Shown: positions 35,852-48,544, counted from the first letter of the whole stretch. The stretch: DNA of 63,521 nt, filler included, from Octopus bimaculoides (GCF_001194135.2; 7 parts of 7 records of this genome joined end to end with filler, not necessarily neighbours in it), one strand, 5' to 3'. Notes: a model not told the origin generated them from the sequence alone. Numbers and translations are program-made.

Positions 35852-37355
35852 AGAGAACTTAGGAAAGTGTATGACTTCATACGCAAAGAATCCTTTAAGC
35901 TGCTCCAGGATTTTCCACATGATAATGGTGGGTTTTCTATTTTGACAGATGGCTCCTAGCCACTCTGTTAAAAACAGAAGACAGTGCAGATAATTTTGCT
36001 ATGTGCTTCCATTTACGTCTTCACATATTTATTCTTTTTTTCAATCTTAAATGTAGGTTGATTACCCCTTTTAAAATGGAAAAACGCACAGAAAGCAAGC
36101 ATATCTTTGATGCTATCAATTTTGATTTTAAATGAGTTGCTATATTTATCCAATGAAATTACAACGACGCCGTTAGCAAGTAGATCTGCGGTTTTGAGTA
36201 CAAAGCAAGTGTATTGTACTCCTGTTTGGTATCACAGAATTTTATTCTTCCTTACCGAAATTCCTCCGTCTGAAAGCCTTGGGAGTTAGGGCACTGTTCA
36301 TCAGGATAAGCAACGAATTATAGTGGATGCCTACAAAACCACTTTTATACCTTAGTATCTCTTGCTGTGTTATAAGGACGGTGAGCTTACTTAAATTTAT
36401 GACCGGGAAGTATTACACCTACAGAAATCGAATGAGAAGTGATATATAATAAACCGTTTTATTGAGTTTTTAAACAAAATATAGCTGTTTGCTAAATCAA
36501 GGGACGATTATGCTGTTGTTCTTGTAATAAATAAATAATCGTTATTCGAAACGTCTCATGAAATTAATTTAATAACAGAAGAAAGTTAGATATTTTCCTT
36601 TCGAAATTTAGTGCGAAAATCTTGAAAAATTCTAATTAATCTCATAAAGAGATATATAAATCTATCAAAGAAATGACGTGACAAAGCTGGCAGTTGCACG
36701 CAAAATGAAGCCAAATAAAAAATATATAATAAAACAGAAAATTCAAAGTATTTCTTCCTCAATTTTCTGTTGATTTCAGTTCAGCCTTACACGCTATCAC
36801 CATCTTTGCTACTTGTCCGGTTGTGTTTTGTTACTGAATTTTTACTCTACTCTTTTATAATACACTCACTTTCATCGTGGCATTCAATGTCAGCCGTGTA
36901 AATGGTTTTGTCGATTATATGATGCGGCCTTTAACAGTTTGGACATGTGATAAGTTAGATTCGATGCGTGATAGCATCAAATGCCAGAGAGTAAGACACA
37001 CGAAGATGTCAATGTAAATACATTCTTACATTGCTACAATTACTGGAAGAGAAAAGCAATGACAGTGATTGGATCAAATCTTATAACCTTGACAATTTTC
37101 TGTCTCGAAAACATGCAATCTCAGAATAAATCACATCAAGGGACAAAATTTCGTCTAATTTCCAATAGTTTTAAATAAGTTTTGTTAGTTCATACGACTT
37201 TCTTGCACTTCTTACTTATATTCTAACAAAACAACATGTATGTGTATATATCTATCGCTGACATGCCTCAATAATTGTAATTTACTGTGTTGTAGTTATA
37301 ATAATAAAGAAAACTATCCATAACAGTACAGACCAACATGTATATTAAAATACAC

Positions 37356-37767
37356 AGGCGCAGGAGTGGCTGGGTGGTAAGTAGCTTGCTTACCAACCAC
37401 ATGGTTCCGGGTTCAGTCCCACTGCGTGGCATCTTGGGCAAGTGTCTTCTACTATAGCCTCGGGCCGACCAAAGCCTTGTGAGTGAATTTGGTAGATGGA
37501 AACTGAAAGAAGCCCGTCGTATATATGTATATATATGTGTGTGTATGTTTGTGTGTCTGTGTTTGGCCTCCCCAACATCGCTTGACAACCGATGCTGGTG
37601 TGTTTACGTCCCCGTAACTTAGCGGTTCGGCAAAAGAGACCGATAGAATAAGTACTAGGCTTCCAAAGAATAAGTCCCGGGGTCGATCTGCTCGACTAAA
37701 GGCGGTGCTCCAGCATGGCCGCAGTCAAAATGACTGAAACAAGTAAAAGAGTAAAAGAGTATATATA
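37356..37767 (+). mobile_element. SINE family A (OK-like), full length
   Basis: Head GGCGCAGGAGTGGCTGGGTGGTAAG..GGTTCAGTCCC, CORE-like CTTGGGCAAGTG, central (TA/TG) tract, (GTAAAAGA)n tail. Confidence 0.92.
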
Positions 37768-38070
37768 ACTAAATAATACATAATTGCATACACTTCTTTA
37801 CTTTTTATCCACACCTGAAGTGAACAAGGAAATTCAATTGCTTGTTATTTCAGTGATGGGTTGTATCCACGAACGGGTTGTTAGTGATGTTGAATTCTTT
37901 CAAGAAAAGTAATTGTCGTTTGGTATTTCTTTTATCGACTTCCCTAAGTTAAAAAGCTATGTCCATCCCGGTTCAATTTGAATTCAGAATTCTGAGCGTA
38001 ACTAATTATCGCAAGCATTTAAACTGAAGTTACCAATCAACACTCTTGTGCATATATATAAACACTGCAA

Positions 38071-38102
<32 letters not shown>

Positions 38103-38253
38103 TGTGTGTGTGCATGCATGTGTGTGTGTGTGTGCGTGCGTGTATGTGCGTATGGTGTATACACACAGACACACACACACATACATATACATATGTATAT
38201 GTGTGTGTGTATGTATGTACGTGTATATATATATATATATCGTTGGCTTAATA

Positions 38254-38292
<39 letters not shown>

Positions 38293-38307
38293 CGTTGGCT
38301 TAATATA

Positions 38308-38344
<37 letters not shown>

Positions 38345-38345
<1 letters not shown>

Positions 38346-39300
38346 GTGGCAGTGGGGTTGGAAGATAAGATTGGGAAAAAGAATATATGAAGGTTATGGG
38401 GAGACAAGAGCGGAGTGGGGTTGTAATTATTTGCATTTTGAGAATAGATTTTGTGCCCGATATTTGCAGGTGAATATTATACTGCTGCGTTCATTAAGAA
38501 CGTCCGTAGATATCAAAATAGCCATGACCTCGGCTATGCATAGATCACACTTATTATTATACCCGCTGTAAGGTTTGGCGTGGGTAATTATGGACCATTC
38601 GAGAGTGTAAGGGGTTGAGTTAATCGTTAGTTTACAGATAAGTTGAGATAACGATAATATGCTGTTAGAATTTGTTGGGGATTTGAAGTTAGAGTAGTGA
38701 TTGTTCACTTTAGCGTTGAACGTGATGCAACATGAGCCGATGTAAAATGTAGTTGTAGTTGTTAATTGATACTGTGGCCTTATAGACTATGTTTCTAGTG
38801 CGACAGCGGTTATTCAAAGAACAGGAGGTTGCGCATCTACAGCTGCATAGGTTTGTAAGGGGTTTTCCAGATGAGCTTGCGAGGGGATTGTTATTTAAAG
38901 AGGAATTAGTGTTTGGTTCGTTATTATAGTTGGTGCTAAGTTTATGCTTTGCTAAGAAGTTGAGGGCGGTGTTTGTCGGTTGTATGGTATGATAATTATT
39001 GTGTCAGGTGGTACCGTCTGTGATATTCTCTATTATGACAGGAGATATATTTGGGCGTTGTGGTGAATTTAAGGGTCAGGTGTTAGCAATGGCACTATAG
39101 TTGTAGTTGTGAGGGTGTGTTTTGTTATGGGGGTCAGTTGGTGTATTGGGTTTATATGTATGAACTTGGAGGTTATGTTGAATTAATTTACTAGGGTTGG
39201 GGTTAGTCGCTGATGAATTTCGGAGTTTCTTGATGTTAAGATGTTGGATAACACCAGCAGTGTCGGTTCTGCTAAGAAGTTAATCTTGTGATCAGTTGAT
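38345..39300 (-). mobile_element. Penelope-like element remnant, GIY-YIG endonuclease end
   Basis: NNHYSNFK..LSQLICKL....YTLEWSII.HAKPY...NKCDLCIAE...LNERSSIIFTCKY matches the PLE C-terminal endonuclease pattern; homologous to 60540-61400. Confidence 0.8.
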
Positions 39301-40237
39301 GTAATATAAAGTCATCAATTCGGATAGTTCTAAGGCGGGGGAAGCAAGAGGCATTTTCTTTGTGTCTCTGCGTGTGTTTATGTGTTGCTGTGAAATTGGC
39401 CCAAAGCTAGGTAACTTTTTGCGAAGTCTTGGTAATGCGTTCTGCTACTACTGTTATCATGAGGGTTCTGCCGCTGTTTCCGTTGGTGATGCGATTGTTG
39501 CTGCCGCTAGTTTTGCTTTCAAAGCTTCTGTTCTTAATTTCAGTCTAGTTGTTGTTGTCATATGTTGTTGTTTCCGAGCCTGTGGCGTTGGCATCAGTGA
39601 GGGCGTTCTTTTATTTGTTCTTCAAGAAGCATTTCAAAGCCTTTAGATGGTTGTAGCATCACAGATGTGACATTTTGTCTTTCGGTTTTCTACTACCACA
39701 AAAAAGAGTTTTTCTGGCCAGTGAATCAGATCAAAGGTAACTCCTGATCTGTTTGGAGCAAGAGATCCATTTATATCCCTGACCGTTTCTCCTAGTACAG
39801 TTTGGGTAATTCTAGTATTGTGATGTCCTCTTCAGCACGGCCAGTAAAACCGGTGGTACCGGTATCACTGAACAAGTTGTTTCTTTTCTCTTCTCCTGTT
39901 TTGTTTTTATAACGCTTTTAAAGCTTGTTATGCTGTTGTTGTTACAAAATGCATCCTTATTCAGCACTCTTTTGTTACTGATACCTTCTGCAATAGACTT
40001 TAATGCATAAGAAATCACTTTCACTGAGGGGGATAATCATTGATTGACGGTTTCTCTGCCGCTAAATTTAACCGTTGATATTGTTAGAAATGCACATATT
40101 CTCTCAGCATGACAGTTTATGTAGCCGACAATCTGTAAGACAAATATTGTTTGACAGTAAGGTTACATATATTTTTATTATATAGAGCTAATTCATTTTA
40201 ATAAGTATTTCGTGTGTAACATTATTTTTCTCTTATG

Positions 40238-41485
40238 GGGGAGACCGGGTCTAGTTGTTACACGGGTAAGTTGTTACAAGCCCATCGTCTCAAACTCTAA
40301 GAAAATGGTAGCACTCGGGTCTCTACCTCGTGAAGGCCAACTCCATAGCATCATGACTGCACATGTGTATTGCACTGGCGGGCTGTCACCAGGAAAGGTA
40401 TGGCTCAAAAAACGATTTTTTACTCCAAAAGTGATATTTTGCCACAAAGTTATTTTCGTAACTACTAAAGCACAAGTGGTGTTACTAAAGTAGTTTGTGG
40501 CTCATTAGGAAGCGTTGGAAGTTGCCTTCGATACATGAAGGTGCGTCTTGGATACCATGCATTGCTAGTGCTATGTACGAGGTAATTCCCTGAAATCCAT
40601 GATCGGGGCTAGTTGTTACAGTGTATCAAATTACCTCAGGCATGTAACAACTTACCCCTTCTATTTCAGTTTAACACGCCATGCTTAGAAATTAAAAAAG
40701 GAAGACTACAAGGGGGGATACTCCTCCTGATGTTATGGAAAGAGCTGCCAGAAAGTTGTGGATGAAAAGAAATCATTACGGGATATTGCCGTAAAACAGC
40801 GCATAGAGGATGAAATAAACGAATGGAAATCTAAACCAAAGAAGGCGACAAAGTGGAAGGGAAAGTCAACTAAAACAGGTAAAGGCAAAAGGAAGCAGCT
40901 TCGCAGCAAGCAAGTCGCCGATTGGAAATGCTTTGTCTGCTCAGATTGGTATTCCAGCTCCCTTCCAGGTGAAGAATGGGTGCAATGCATGATCTGTAAA
41001 CACTGGGCACGCACTGACTGTCCCGATGGACGACAGGACTTTCTGTGTGATCTGTGTGGTGAGAAATTAATGGAGGACGATTCCGACTAGATGGCACATG
41101 TAAGAATGGCAATGTAACAGTTAAGATATGAAGTGGTTCAAAGCACAGTTAATTAAAATAATACTTCCTAAATGCCAGAAGCAGGAGACGTATTTATTTT
41201 AAACTTTGTTAACATAATCCCGAGTTATCGACAGTTGTAACAAAGTACCCCAGTAAGTGTCACAACGTACCCCGCATTCGGGGAAAATTGTTACAGCTGA
41301 CGCCACCTCATTAATTAGGACCTGTCTAATTAATGTTATGTAATTTCTGTTTTTTGCAGGTGATAACAGTAAATAGAGATGTTTTACTAATGAAATCTGA
41401 AAAAAAGTTCAGCTGTGTTCATTTATGTGGGTGCCAAGGTAAAAAAAAAATGAAAAAAAATGTAACAACTAGACCCGGTCTCCCC
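40238..41485 (+). mobile_element. Non-autonomous pogo-like DNA transposon with PHD-finger remnant
   Basis: Perfect 25-bp TIRs GGGGAGACCGGGTCTAGTTGTTACA / TGTAACAACTAGACCCGGTCTCCCC (TA after the right TIR); repeated TTGTTACA/TGTAACAA subterminal motifs. Confidence 0.9.
40681..41090 (+). pseudogene. Truncated pogo-type transposase: HTH_psq-like start joined to a C-terminal PHD finger
   Basis: MLRN*KRKTTRG.TPPDVMERAARK/VVDEKKSLRDIA then CFVC..EEWVQCMICKHWARTDC..FLCDLC; no DDE domain. Confidence 0.75.
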
Positions 41486-41573
41486 TACGTTAGATGCTGT
41501 CAGTTTACATGGCTAATTTATCTTGCTGTTATGTTTTTATTTCCTATGTGTTTCTTATATTTCTTGCACTGAG

Positions 41574-41790
41574 TAAGGCGGCGAGCTGACAAAATCATTA
41601 GCATGCCGGGAAAAATGCTTAGCGGCATTTCGTCTGTGTTTACGTCCTGAGTTTTAATTCCGTCTAGGACGACTTTGCCTTTCATATTTTTGGGGTCGAT
41701 AAAGTAAGTACCAGCTGAGCACTGGAGTCGATGCAATTGACTTACTACTCCTCCGAAATTGCTGGCATTTTGCCAAAATTTGAAACCTAT
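41574..41790 (+). mobile_element. SINE family C
   Basis: TAAGGCGGCGAGCTGACAAAATCATTAGCATGCCGG head and GGGGTCGATAAAGTAAGTACCAG core. Confidence 0.85.
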
Positions 41791-42534
41791 ATTTCTTGCA
41801 TTGTTAATACCTTCATTTTTTTTTTAATGTTCCACCATAGAGAAATGTATTGTAAGGCTGTTTCTGGTGAGAGTTATAAAGAGGGGGGAAATTACTGAAG
41901 AGAATTGGTATATTAAAAATAAATCAATTTTCAGAGACGAGAGTACGATATTTAAAGACGACAATCTTTAGAATAGTAAAATATTTTCTAGGAAAATTCT
42001 ATTTTTAATTGGATTATTTTTATATTTTCCTTTTGCATTTTTCAAATATTTAAGACTTTATTACATACTCTGACAAGATGAGAATGTACCGCATCAGTAT
42101 AGAAATGTAGAGGTCGTTGAAAATGCCTTTTACAGTTTTTTTAACACAACCTAGCATACTGTTATTGATAAAGAAATATACAAAATCGTCACGTCTATTT
42201 TCTTCTCTCAGAACGGTTTTTCAAGAGGAAACTGGCAGAAATATCTCTAGCCCACTTTTTTCCGAAAGTTACTAATTATTGCCGTATAATAATACTTTCC
42301 TTATGTTCAACTACACCAACACCTCTAATACATTATAAGCAATATGACCAAATTAAATTCGAGCTATTATTTTAGCTAAGATACGTAAAGTCACACGCAC
42401 ACATGGTATTAATACTTGAGCCTGTGAGAACATCATAATGTATGCACCGTCTTTGCAATAAAACAATTGATTATGATAATGTCAATTAAATGACTTATAC
42501 TGTACTGTGTAGCGTAACATTGATTTCATTAGCT

Positions 42535-42700
42535 CAAGACCAGCAAGTTCGGGAGAGGGATAAGTCGATTACACCGACCCCAGTGCTTGACTGGTACTTA
42601 TTCTGTCGACCCCGAAAAGATGAAATGTAAAGTCAACTTCAGCAGACGGACGAAATGCTGCTAAGCATTTCGCCTGGCATGCTAACCACTCTGCCGCCTT
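42535..42700 (-). mobile_element. SINE family C
   Basis: GTCGACCCCGAAAAGATGAAA core and CTGCCGCCTT head, reverse orientation. Confidence 0.8.
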
Positions 42701-42739
42701 CAAGGAAACGTTCTTTGTTATGCTGGTCCCCACACAGCA

Positions 42740-42858
42740 CTAGAAGCAATGTCAAATGAAGTGTTTGGCTCAAAAACGCAAGACATCGGCCGCTTTGGGA
42801 GTTGAATCCACGATCTGGCATATCATGCACGCGACACCCTAACCACTTGGCCATATGC
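42740..42858 (-). mobile_element. tRNA-derived SINE head (family-B-related)
   Basis: Minus strand A box TGGCCAAGTGG, B box GGATTCAACTCC, then TTGAGCCAAACACTT. Confidence 0.55.
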
Positions 42859-43259
42859 CTTCAGAGTGTAGTGTAATATTACTTATCTTTTAAAAAGACT
42901 AATTTGAACAAAAATAACCTTAACAAATTAAAGACGATGTCGTGGTGTGATCGTTCATAGATTTGAGGTTCTATTAACTCACTGACGCTCCAGCCGAGAG
43001 AGCAAATGTTATTTCTGAAACAGATGAAAGTACTTTTTCAATGGTCGACGAAAATATTCTTCTGCTATCATTCAACACAATGTCCAGACTATCAAATACT
43101 AAGCATAGTAATATCGTGGATGGACTTCTCTTTTGATTCTAGAAAATTATAGGCTGATCGTGATCTGAAGGGACAAATATGTAACTAAACTAGATTTGTT
43201 TGAATTTCTTTAAACAGTCCTATGATGGACTAGAAGTAACATGCGTGATATCATACTCT

Positions 43260-43440
43260 AACTATAAGGCCTGAAATTTTGCGGTTGGATGTTAGTCGAT
43301 TACATCGTCTTCTCACAACTAGCACTTCATTGATTTCGAGCGATGAAACGCAAAGTTGACCTCAAAGGCAGCATTTGAACTCAGAACAAAAGCCAGAAGC
43401 TGTACTGTTAAGCATTTTGTCCGGCATGGCAACGATCCCA
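43260..43440 (-). mobile_element. SINE family C, diverged
   Basis: GTCGATTACATCG, AAAGTTGACCTC, ATTTGAACTCAGAAC and GTCCGGCATGG motifs. Confidence 0.7.
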
Positions 43441-43496
43441 ACGTGTGCAATATCTGTCAATAGTTAATATGTTAATATGTTAATATGTTAATTGTT

Positions 43497-43698
43497 AAGG
43501 GCAGCGAGCTGGCAGAAACGTTAGCACGCCAGGCGAAATGCTTAACGTTATTTCGTCTGTTCCAAGTTCAAATTCCGCCGAGGTCGACTTTACTTTCCAT
43601 CCTTTCAGGGTCGATAAATTAAGTATCAGTTACGTACTGAGATCGATCTAATCGACTGCCCCCCCCAAATTGCAGGCCTTGTGCCTAGAGTAGAAAAG
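43497..43698 (+). mobile_element. SINE family C with 17-bp target-site duplication
   Basis: AATATGTTAATTGTTAA at 43482-43498 and 43699-43715 flanks the element. Confidence 0.92.
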
Positions 43699-44449
43699 AA
43701 TATGTTAATTGTTAATTGTATGACACGTGGCTGCTTCACTCAAAAGGAAATACGTAAGAAATATTTTAATATCCCAGATAATGATACATGCAAATCATTT
43801 AAGAGTCAATGCAATTAGTACACAAGAAAGCAAACCTTCTCAAACAAGATCAATACAGACGTGAAAGAAATGAACAAGTTCGGTTGTAGTGCCAGAGACA
43901 ATTCAAAACTTACATTGATACACATCAACTATTAACTTCGGCATTGGTATACAGTCTGGGAAACGGAAGAATCGGTTATATCGATCTCTCACACTGTTGA
44001 TGTGTGACTGAGAAGAAAATATTGACAAAATTAAAAATAAGAATGCAATTGAAATATCATCGAACCTGGACTGATAAGCATTGGTAGAATCATAAATACG
44101 AGACATTCTCCGCTTATGTTACGATTCATTAAAAAAAAATAATAACGTCAGTATTGAGCTATTAGAAAGTGTATATCATATATATAAATACATGTGTGTG
44201 AATATCATACATGCATACATACACGCGCGCGCGTGCGTGCGCGTGCGTGCGTGTGCGTGTGCGTGTGCGTGTACTTATGTATGAGTATTTCTATGAGTGT
44301 ACGTGCGCCTGCGGAGGGTGGGGGTGTTTTTCGTATCGGTTGTCTTTAAATTATCGTTCTTTGTTTTGGGTTAAATTGATTCGTTGCATTTATAGTGATA
44401 GTATTGTCGTAACTCTCCTCTTGTTTGCTGTTGTTTGACATTGGATGAT

Positions 44450-45090
44450 TACATCGCCTGCAGTTTATAGGTTGTTAATATTTGTATCTTGGAGTCATAT
44501 GAGAAGTGAGAGCAATGGGGCGATAGTTCGTTCGGTAGGAGGGGTTGCATTCCTTTCAAACAGAACACACTGTAACATGTTTCCAAATGCCAGAGTATAT
44601 ATATCCTTGTAGATATTGAGGGATTAAAAAGTTTTAGCTTGTAAAGGAGAAAGTTGAAGGACATATTATGGTGAGGGACATTGCTAGAACTGATGGCCTT
44701 ATTTGTTTGAAACAACTGGTGCTATTTCTATACCTGGCATGTGTATAAGCAAGGTGGGAACCCAATAGGGGCGAAAAGAGGAATATTTGGAGGGAATCGG
44801 TTGAGGGTGTGTAACGTGAAATGAATGCAAAACAGGCAACGAAGATTGAGGCTTTCTTTGTGCGAGTATTGCTTATGGAGCTATCATTGTTTAGAAGACG
44901 AAGAAAAGAGGACTTTACCAATATGGTGGAGAACGTTTCGACAAGGATTCAGAAGGGTCGGTTTCGGTTTAGGAAGCAGTAAAACTCAAGATCTGTGTAA
45001 TCTTACAGGAGTTGTGCTGCTGGGTAAACGCTTCCCAGTTTGGAGGAGAATGAAGAGATTCTCCTGGTATTGTAGAACGTGTTTTTATTC
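44450..45090 (-). mobile_element. Possible Penelope-like RT remnant
   Basis: Weak echoes of RT motifs (GSHLAYT for GSPLAPT; TRIYILWHLETCYSVF for IY.RYVDD.F); very decayed. Confidence 0.3.
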
Positions 45091-45191
45091 ANNNNNNNNN
45101 NNNNNNNNNNNNNNNNNNNNNNNNNNNNNNNNNNNTTAATTAATTAANNNNNNNNNNNNNNNNNNNNNNNNNNNNNNNNNNNNNNNNNNNN

Positions 45192-45235
<44 letters not shown>

Positions 45236-45822
45236 TGGTGTATATGGAAACAGCTTTTCCTTTAAACTTCTATAGAAAACAAGACTTGAATCTAACATTT
45301 TTCTTTTTCTTTCATATCAATTTTCCTTTTCGTATTTTCGTGTAAGTTCTTTCGAGTTTGATTGGAACGGAAAAGACTTCCCCAACCTTCATGTTTTTAT
45401 TTCAAACGAGTTTATTACACTCGCTTCTGCAAGCTAAACAAGACGTATATTTACAGCAGAATCTGGGTTCGTATCCCAGGGGTAGCCTTTGACATTTTTT
45501 GGTACTCAAATCCCATTTTTTAACCGAATATTTACACGCTACTATTTATAGCTAGAAGTAGACCCCTGGTCTAGCATAGTGTATATCCACTTAGTGGTCA
45601 TCCCACTTATATGTATGTAATATAATTTTCCTGAATCTTCAGATTTTTCAACATGGTAGGCCACTGGTTTTAAAGTGATATTAATCAAATTAATATTCAA
45701 TTTATCACCCTTATTATTTAAATATATAAATAGAGAGATTCAAAGTGAATATGGTACCTAAGGTTAGGCACCAGAATTGATTACGGTATTATCCATACAA
45801 TTCCAAAATAAGGTGATTAGAA

Positions 45823-45979
45823 TCAAAACAAGCAACAAAGATATCCAAAGTAAATGCAGTACGATCGTTTCATGTGATTCCATTTATTTTTGGTGTAATG
45901 TTCACATTGCTTAAATAAACGGAGTCGCATGAAACGATCGTACTGCATTAACTTTGGATATCCTTGTTGCTTATTTTGA
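45823..45979. repeat. Long near-perfect inverted repeat / hairpin
   Basis: TCAAAACAAGCAACAAAGATATCCAAAGTAAATGCAGTACGATCGTTTCATG.. pairs with ..CATGAAACGATCGTACTGCATTAACTTTGGATATCCTTGTTGCTTATTTTGA; cut by gap at 45980. Confidence 0.9.
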
Positions 45980-47238
45980 NNNNNNNNNNNNNNNNNNNNN
46001 NNNNNNNNNNNNNNNNNNNNNNNNNNNNNNNNNNNNNNNNNNNNNNNNNNNNNNNNNNNNNNNNNNNNNNNNNNNNNNNNNNNNNNNNNNNNNNNNNNNN
46101 NNNNNNNNNNNNNNNNNNNNNNNNNNNNNNNNNNNNNNNNNNNNNNNNNNNNNNNNNNNNNNNNNNNNNNNNNNNNNNNNNNNNNNNNNNNNNNNNNNNN
46201 NNNNNNNNNNNNNNNNNNNNNNNNNNNNNNNNNNNNNNNNNNNNNNNNNNNNNNNNNNNNNNNNNNNNNNNNNNNNNNNNNNNNNNNNNNNNNNNNNNNN
46301 NNNNNNNNNNNNNNNNNNNNNNNNNNNNNNNNNNNNNNNNNNNNNNNNNNNNNNNNNNNNNNNNNNNNNNNNNNNNNNNNNNNNNNNNNNNNNNNNNNNN
46401 NNNNNNNNNNNNNNNNNNNNNNNNNNNNNNNNNNNNNNNNNNNNNNNNNNNNNNNNNNNNNNNNNNNNNNNNNNNNNNNNNNNNNNNNACATACATACAT
46501 ACATACATACATACATACATACATACAAGTGTGAAGAAATAAACTAGAGAAAGATGAAACTGACTACAGTTGAGAAGCGTGTAAATATAGTTTGCAGGAC
46601 ATTGTAGTTTCATAACTGTTTTTAGACTTGAATCCATAGGAAATCAACAAATTCACGACAACTAAAGTATGTAGAAAGACTGTGGTTTCATTATTTATCG
46701 AAAGAACACTGTATGTCGAACATGCTATGTATGTCGGAATTCTGCGAGACATTCATAAAATTTAAGGGTCAAATATTGTGCAAAGGTTACCGAAGTCAAC
46801 AATGTATCATCGCTTGAGAAAACCTTTACTTTAGGGTCTTGTTAAAGGAGGGGTCACGTGAAATTGAATCTAAAACTTCGATCAGGAAAAGAAAATATTT
46901 ATATTACATAAATAAAATATTTGAGATTATGAATCAGTGTGATGTGGAAATAGTGTGTGTATGTGTATGCACACACAAACGCGTGCGCGCACGAATATAT
47001 ATACAAATATATCCATATATACATAGCTATACAGAAATATATATATATATATATATGAATATTATGTTTATACACGTATATATATGTATATGTGTGTATG
47101 TGTATGTGTATGTATGTGTGTGTGTGTATACATTTTTACATACAAACACGCACATTTGTATATAGACAAATATTGAAAAAAGATAGAGAGAGAAATAGGT
47201 AGGCAGATAGATGGATGCTTTGATAGATAAATAGATAG

Positions 47239-47283
<45 letters not shown>

Positions 47284-47326
47284 NNNNNNNNNNNNNNNNN
47301 NNNNNNNNNNNNCAGAGACAGACAGA

Positions 47327-47370
<44 letters not shown>

Positions 47371-47581
47371 GTCAACTCAAGGGGGTAGGAGTGCTGCGTC
47401 TTCAAATATTGGTGAAACCTGTCCCAAACAATCTGTTTCTGGAATGACCGCATGTTGTGTCTTTTGTGGTTCCTGTTTAATTTTCGTTTATTTTCTTTCC
47501 TTTTCCGGCAAGTTTAGGAAGTGTGTCACTCCACCCATCCTCGCATAGATTTTCACCACAGAAACACAAACATGTAACTTC

Positions 47582-47618
<37 letters not shown>

Positions 47619-47850
47619 TCAGGCACGCAATAAGCACACACAAATCCCACTAGACACACGCACAAACACACATAAATACGTACACATATTACGCATACAC
47701 AGCTATGTGTTTAGCATATATATACATGATACAATGTTTAAAAATTATCTGAAAAAGAAGTCAATATGAACTGGAAAGTCAAACAAATAAATACATCCAT
47801 GCATACATACATACATGCATACATATATGCGCGCGCGCGCGTGTGTGTGT

Positions 47851-48071
47851 GACTGTGTGGTAAGAAGCTTGCTACCCAACCTCGTGGTTCCGGGTTCAAT
47901 CCCACTGCATGGTACCTCAGGCAAGTGTCTTCAACTATAGCCTCAGGTCAACCAGAACCTTGTGGGTGGATTTAGTAAAGGGAAACTGAGAGATACCCGT
48001 CGTGTATATATATACATTTTTTAAATTTACTTGTTTCAGTCAATAGACTGTGGCCATGCTGGGGCACCGCC
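47851..48071. mobile_element. SINE family A 5' half (+) followed by an inverted family A tail
   Basis: Head/body at 47851-48003; reverse tail TTACTTGTTTCAGTC..GTGGCCATGCTGGGGCACCGCC at 48025-48071. Confidence 0.8.
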
Positions 48072-48117
48072 GTGATATATATATATGTGCATCAGCATGG
48101 CCGCAGCTCTAAGCTGA

Positions 48118-48150
<33 letters not shown>

Positions 48151-48220
48151 NNNNNNNNNNNNNNNNNNNNNNNNNNNNNNNNNNNNNNNNNNNTCGGGAA
48201 TTACCAGGTACACCAGCTAA

Positions 48221-48254
<34 letters not shown>

Positions 48255-48510
48255 TTAGCTGGTGTACCTGGTAATTCCCGAGGGTAAAGATGTTCTATTG
48301 AAACGCCTTATGACTGATATAAGAAAGCAATTTCGTTATAACTGCCACAAAAGGTGTATGAACAACAAACAGGTATATTAGTTTGACGCTCGGGAAAGTG
48401 AGAAATTCTTTTTTGTTTCGAGCCTACGCTCCTCAACAGAAAGGGATAAGGATGAATATGCAAAGAGAGAATAGAGAAAAAAGGGACACACACACAGATA
48501 TATACAAAGT

Positions 48511-48539
<29 letters not shown>

Positions 48540-48544
<5 letters not shown>

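Noticed and set aside
38225-38345. Duplicated CGTTGGCTTA inside (TA)n
   Set aside because: Slippage or assembly duplication within a microsatellite; only two units.
44221-44272. Alternating CG/TG tract as a functional Z-DNA element
   Set aside because: It has Z-forming potential, but such tracts are common here (e.g. 47828-47850) and nothing suggests function.
48194-48281. Perfect 88-bp palindrome centred on (TA)n
   Set aside because: It begins exactly at a gap edge, has zero mismatches and pivots on a self-complementary microsatellite. This is most likely a contig-end mirror artefact; spanning long reads would settle it.
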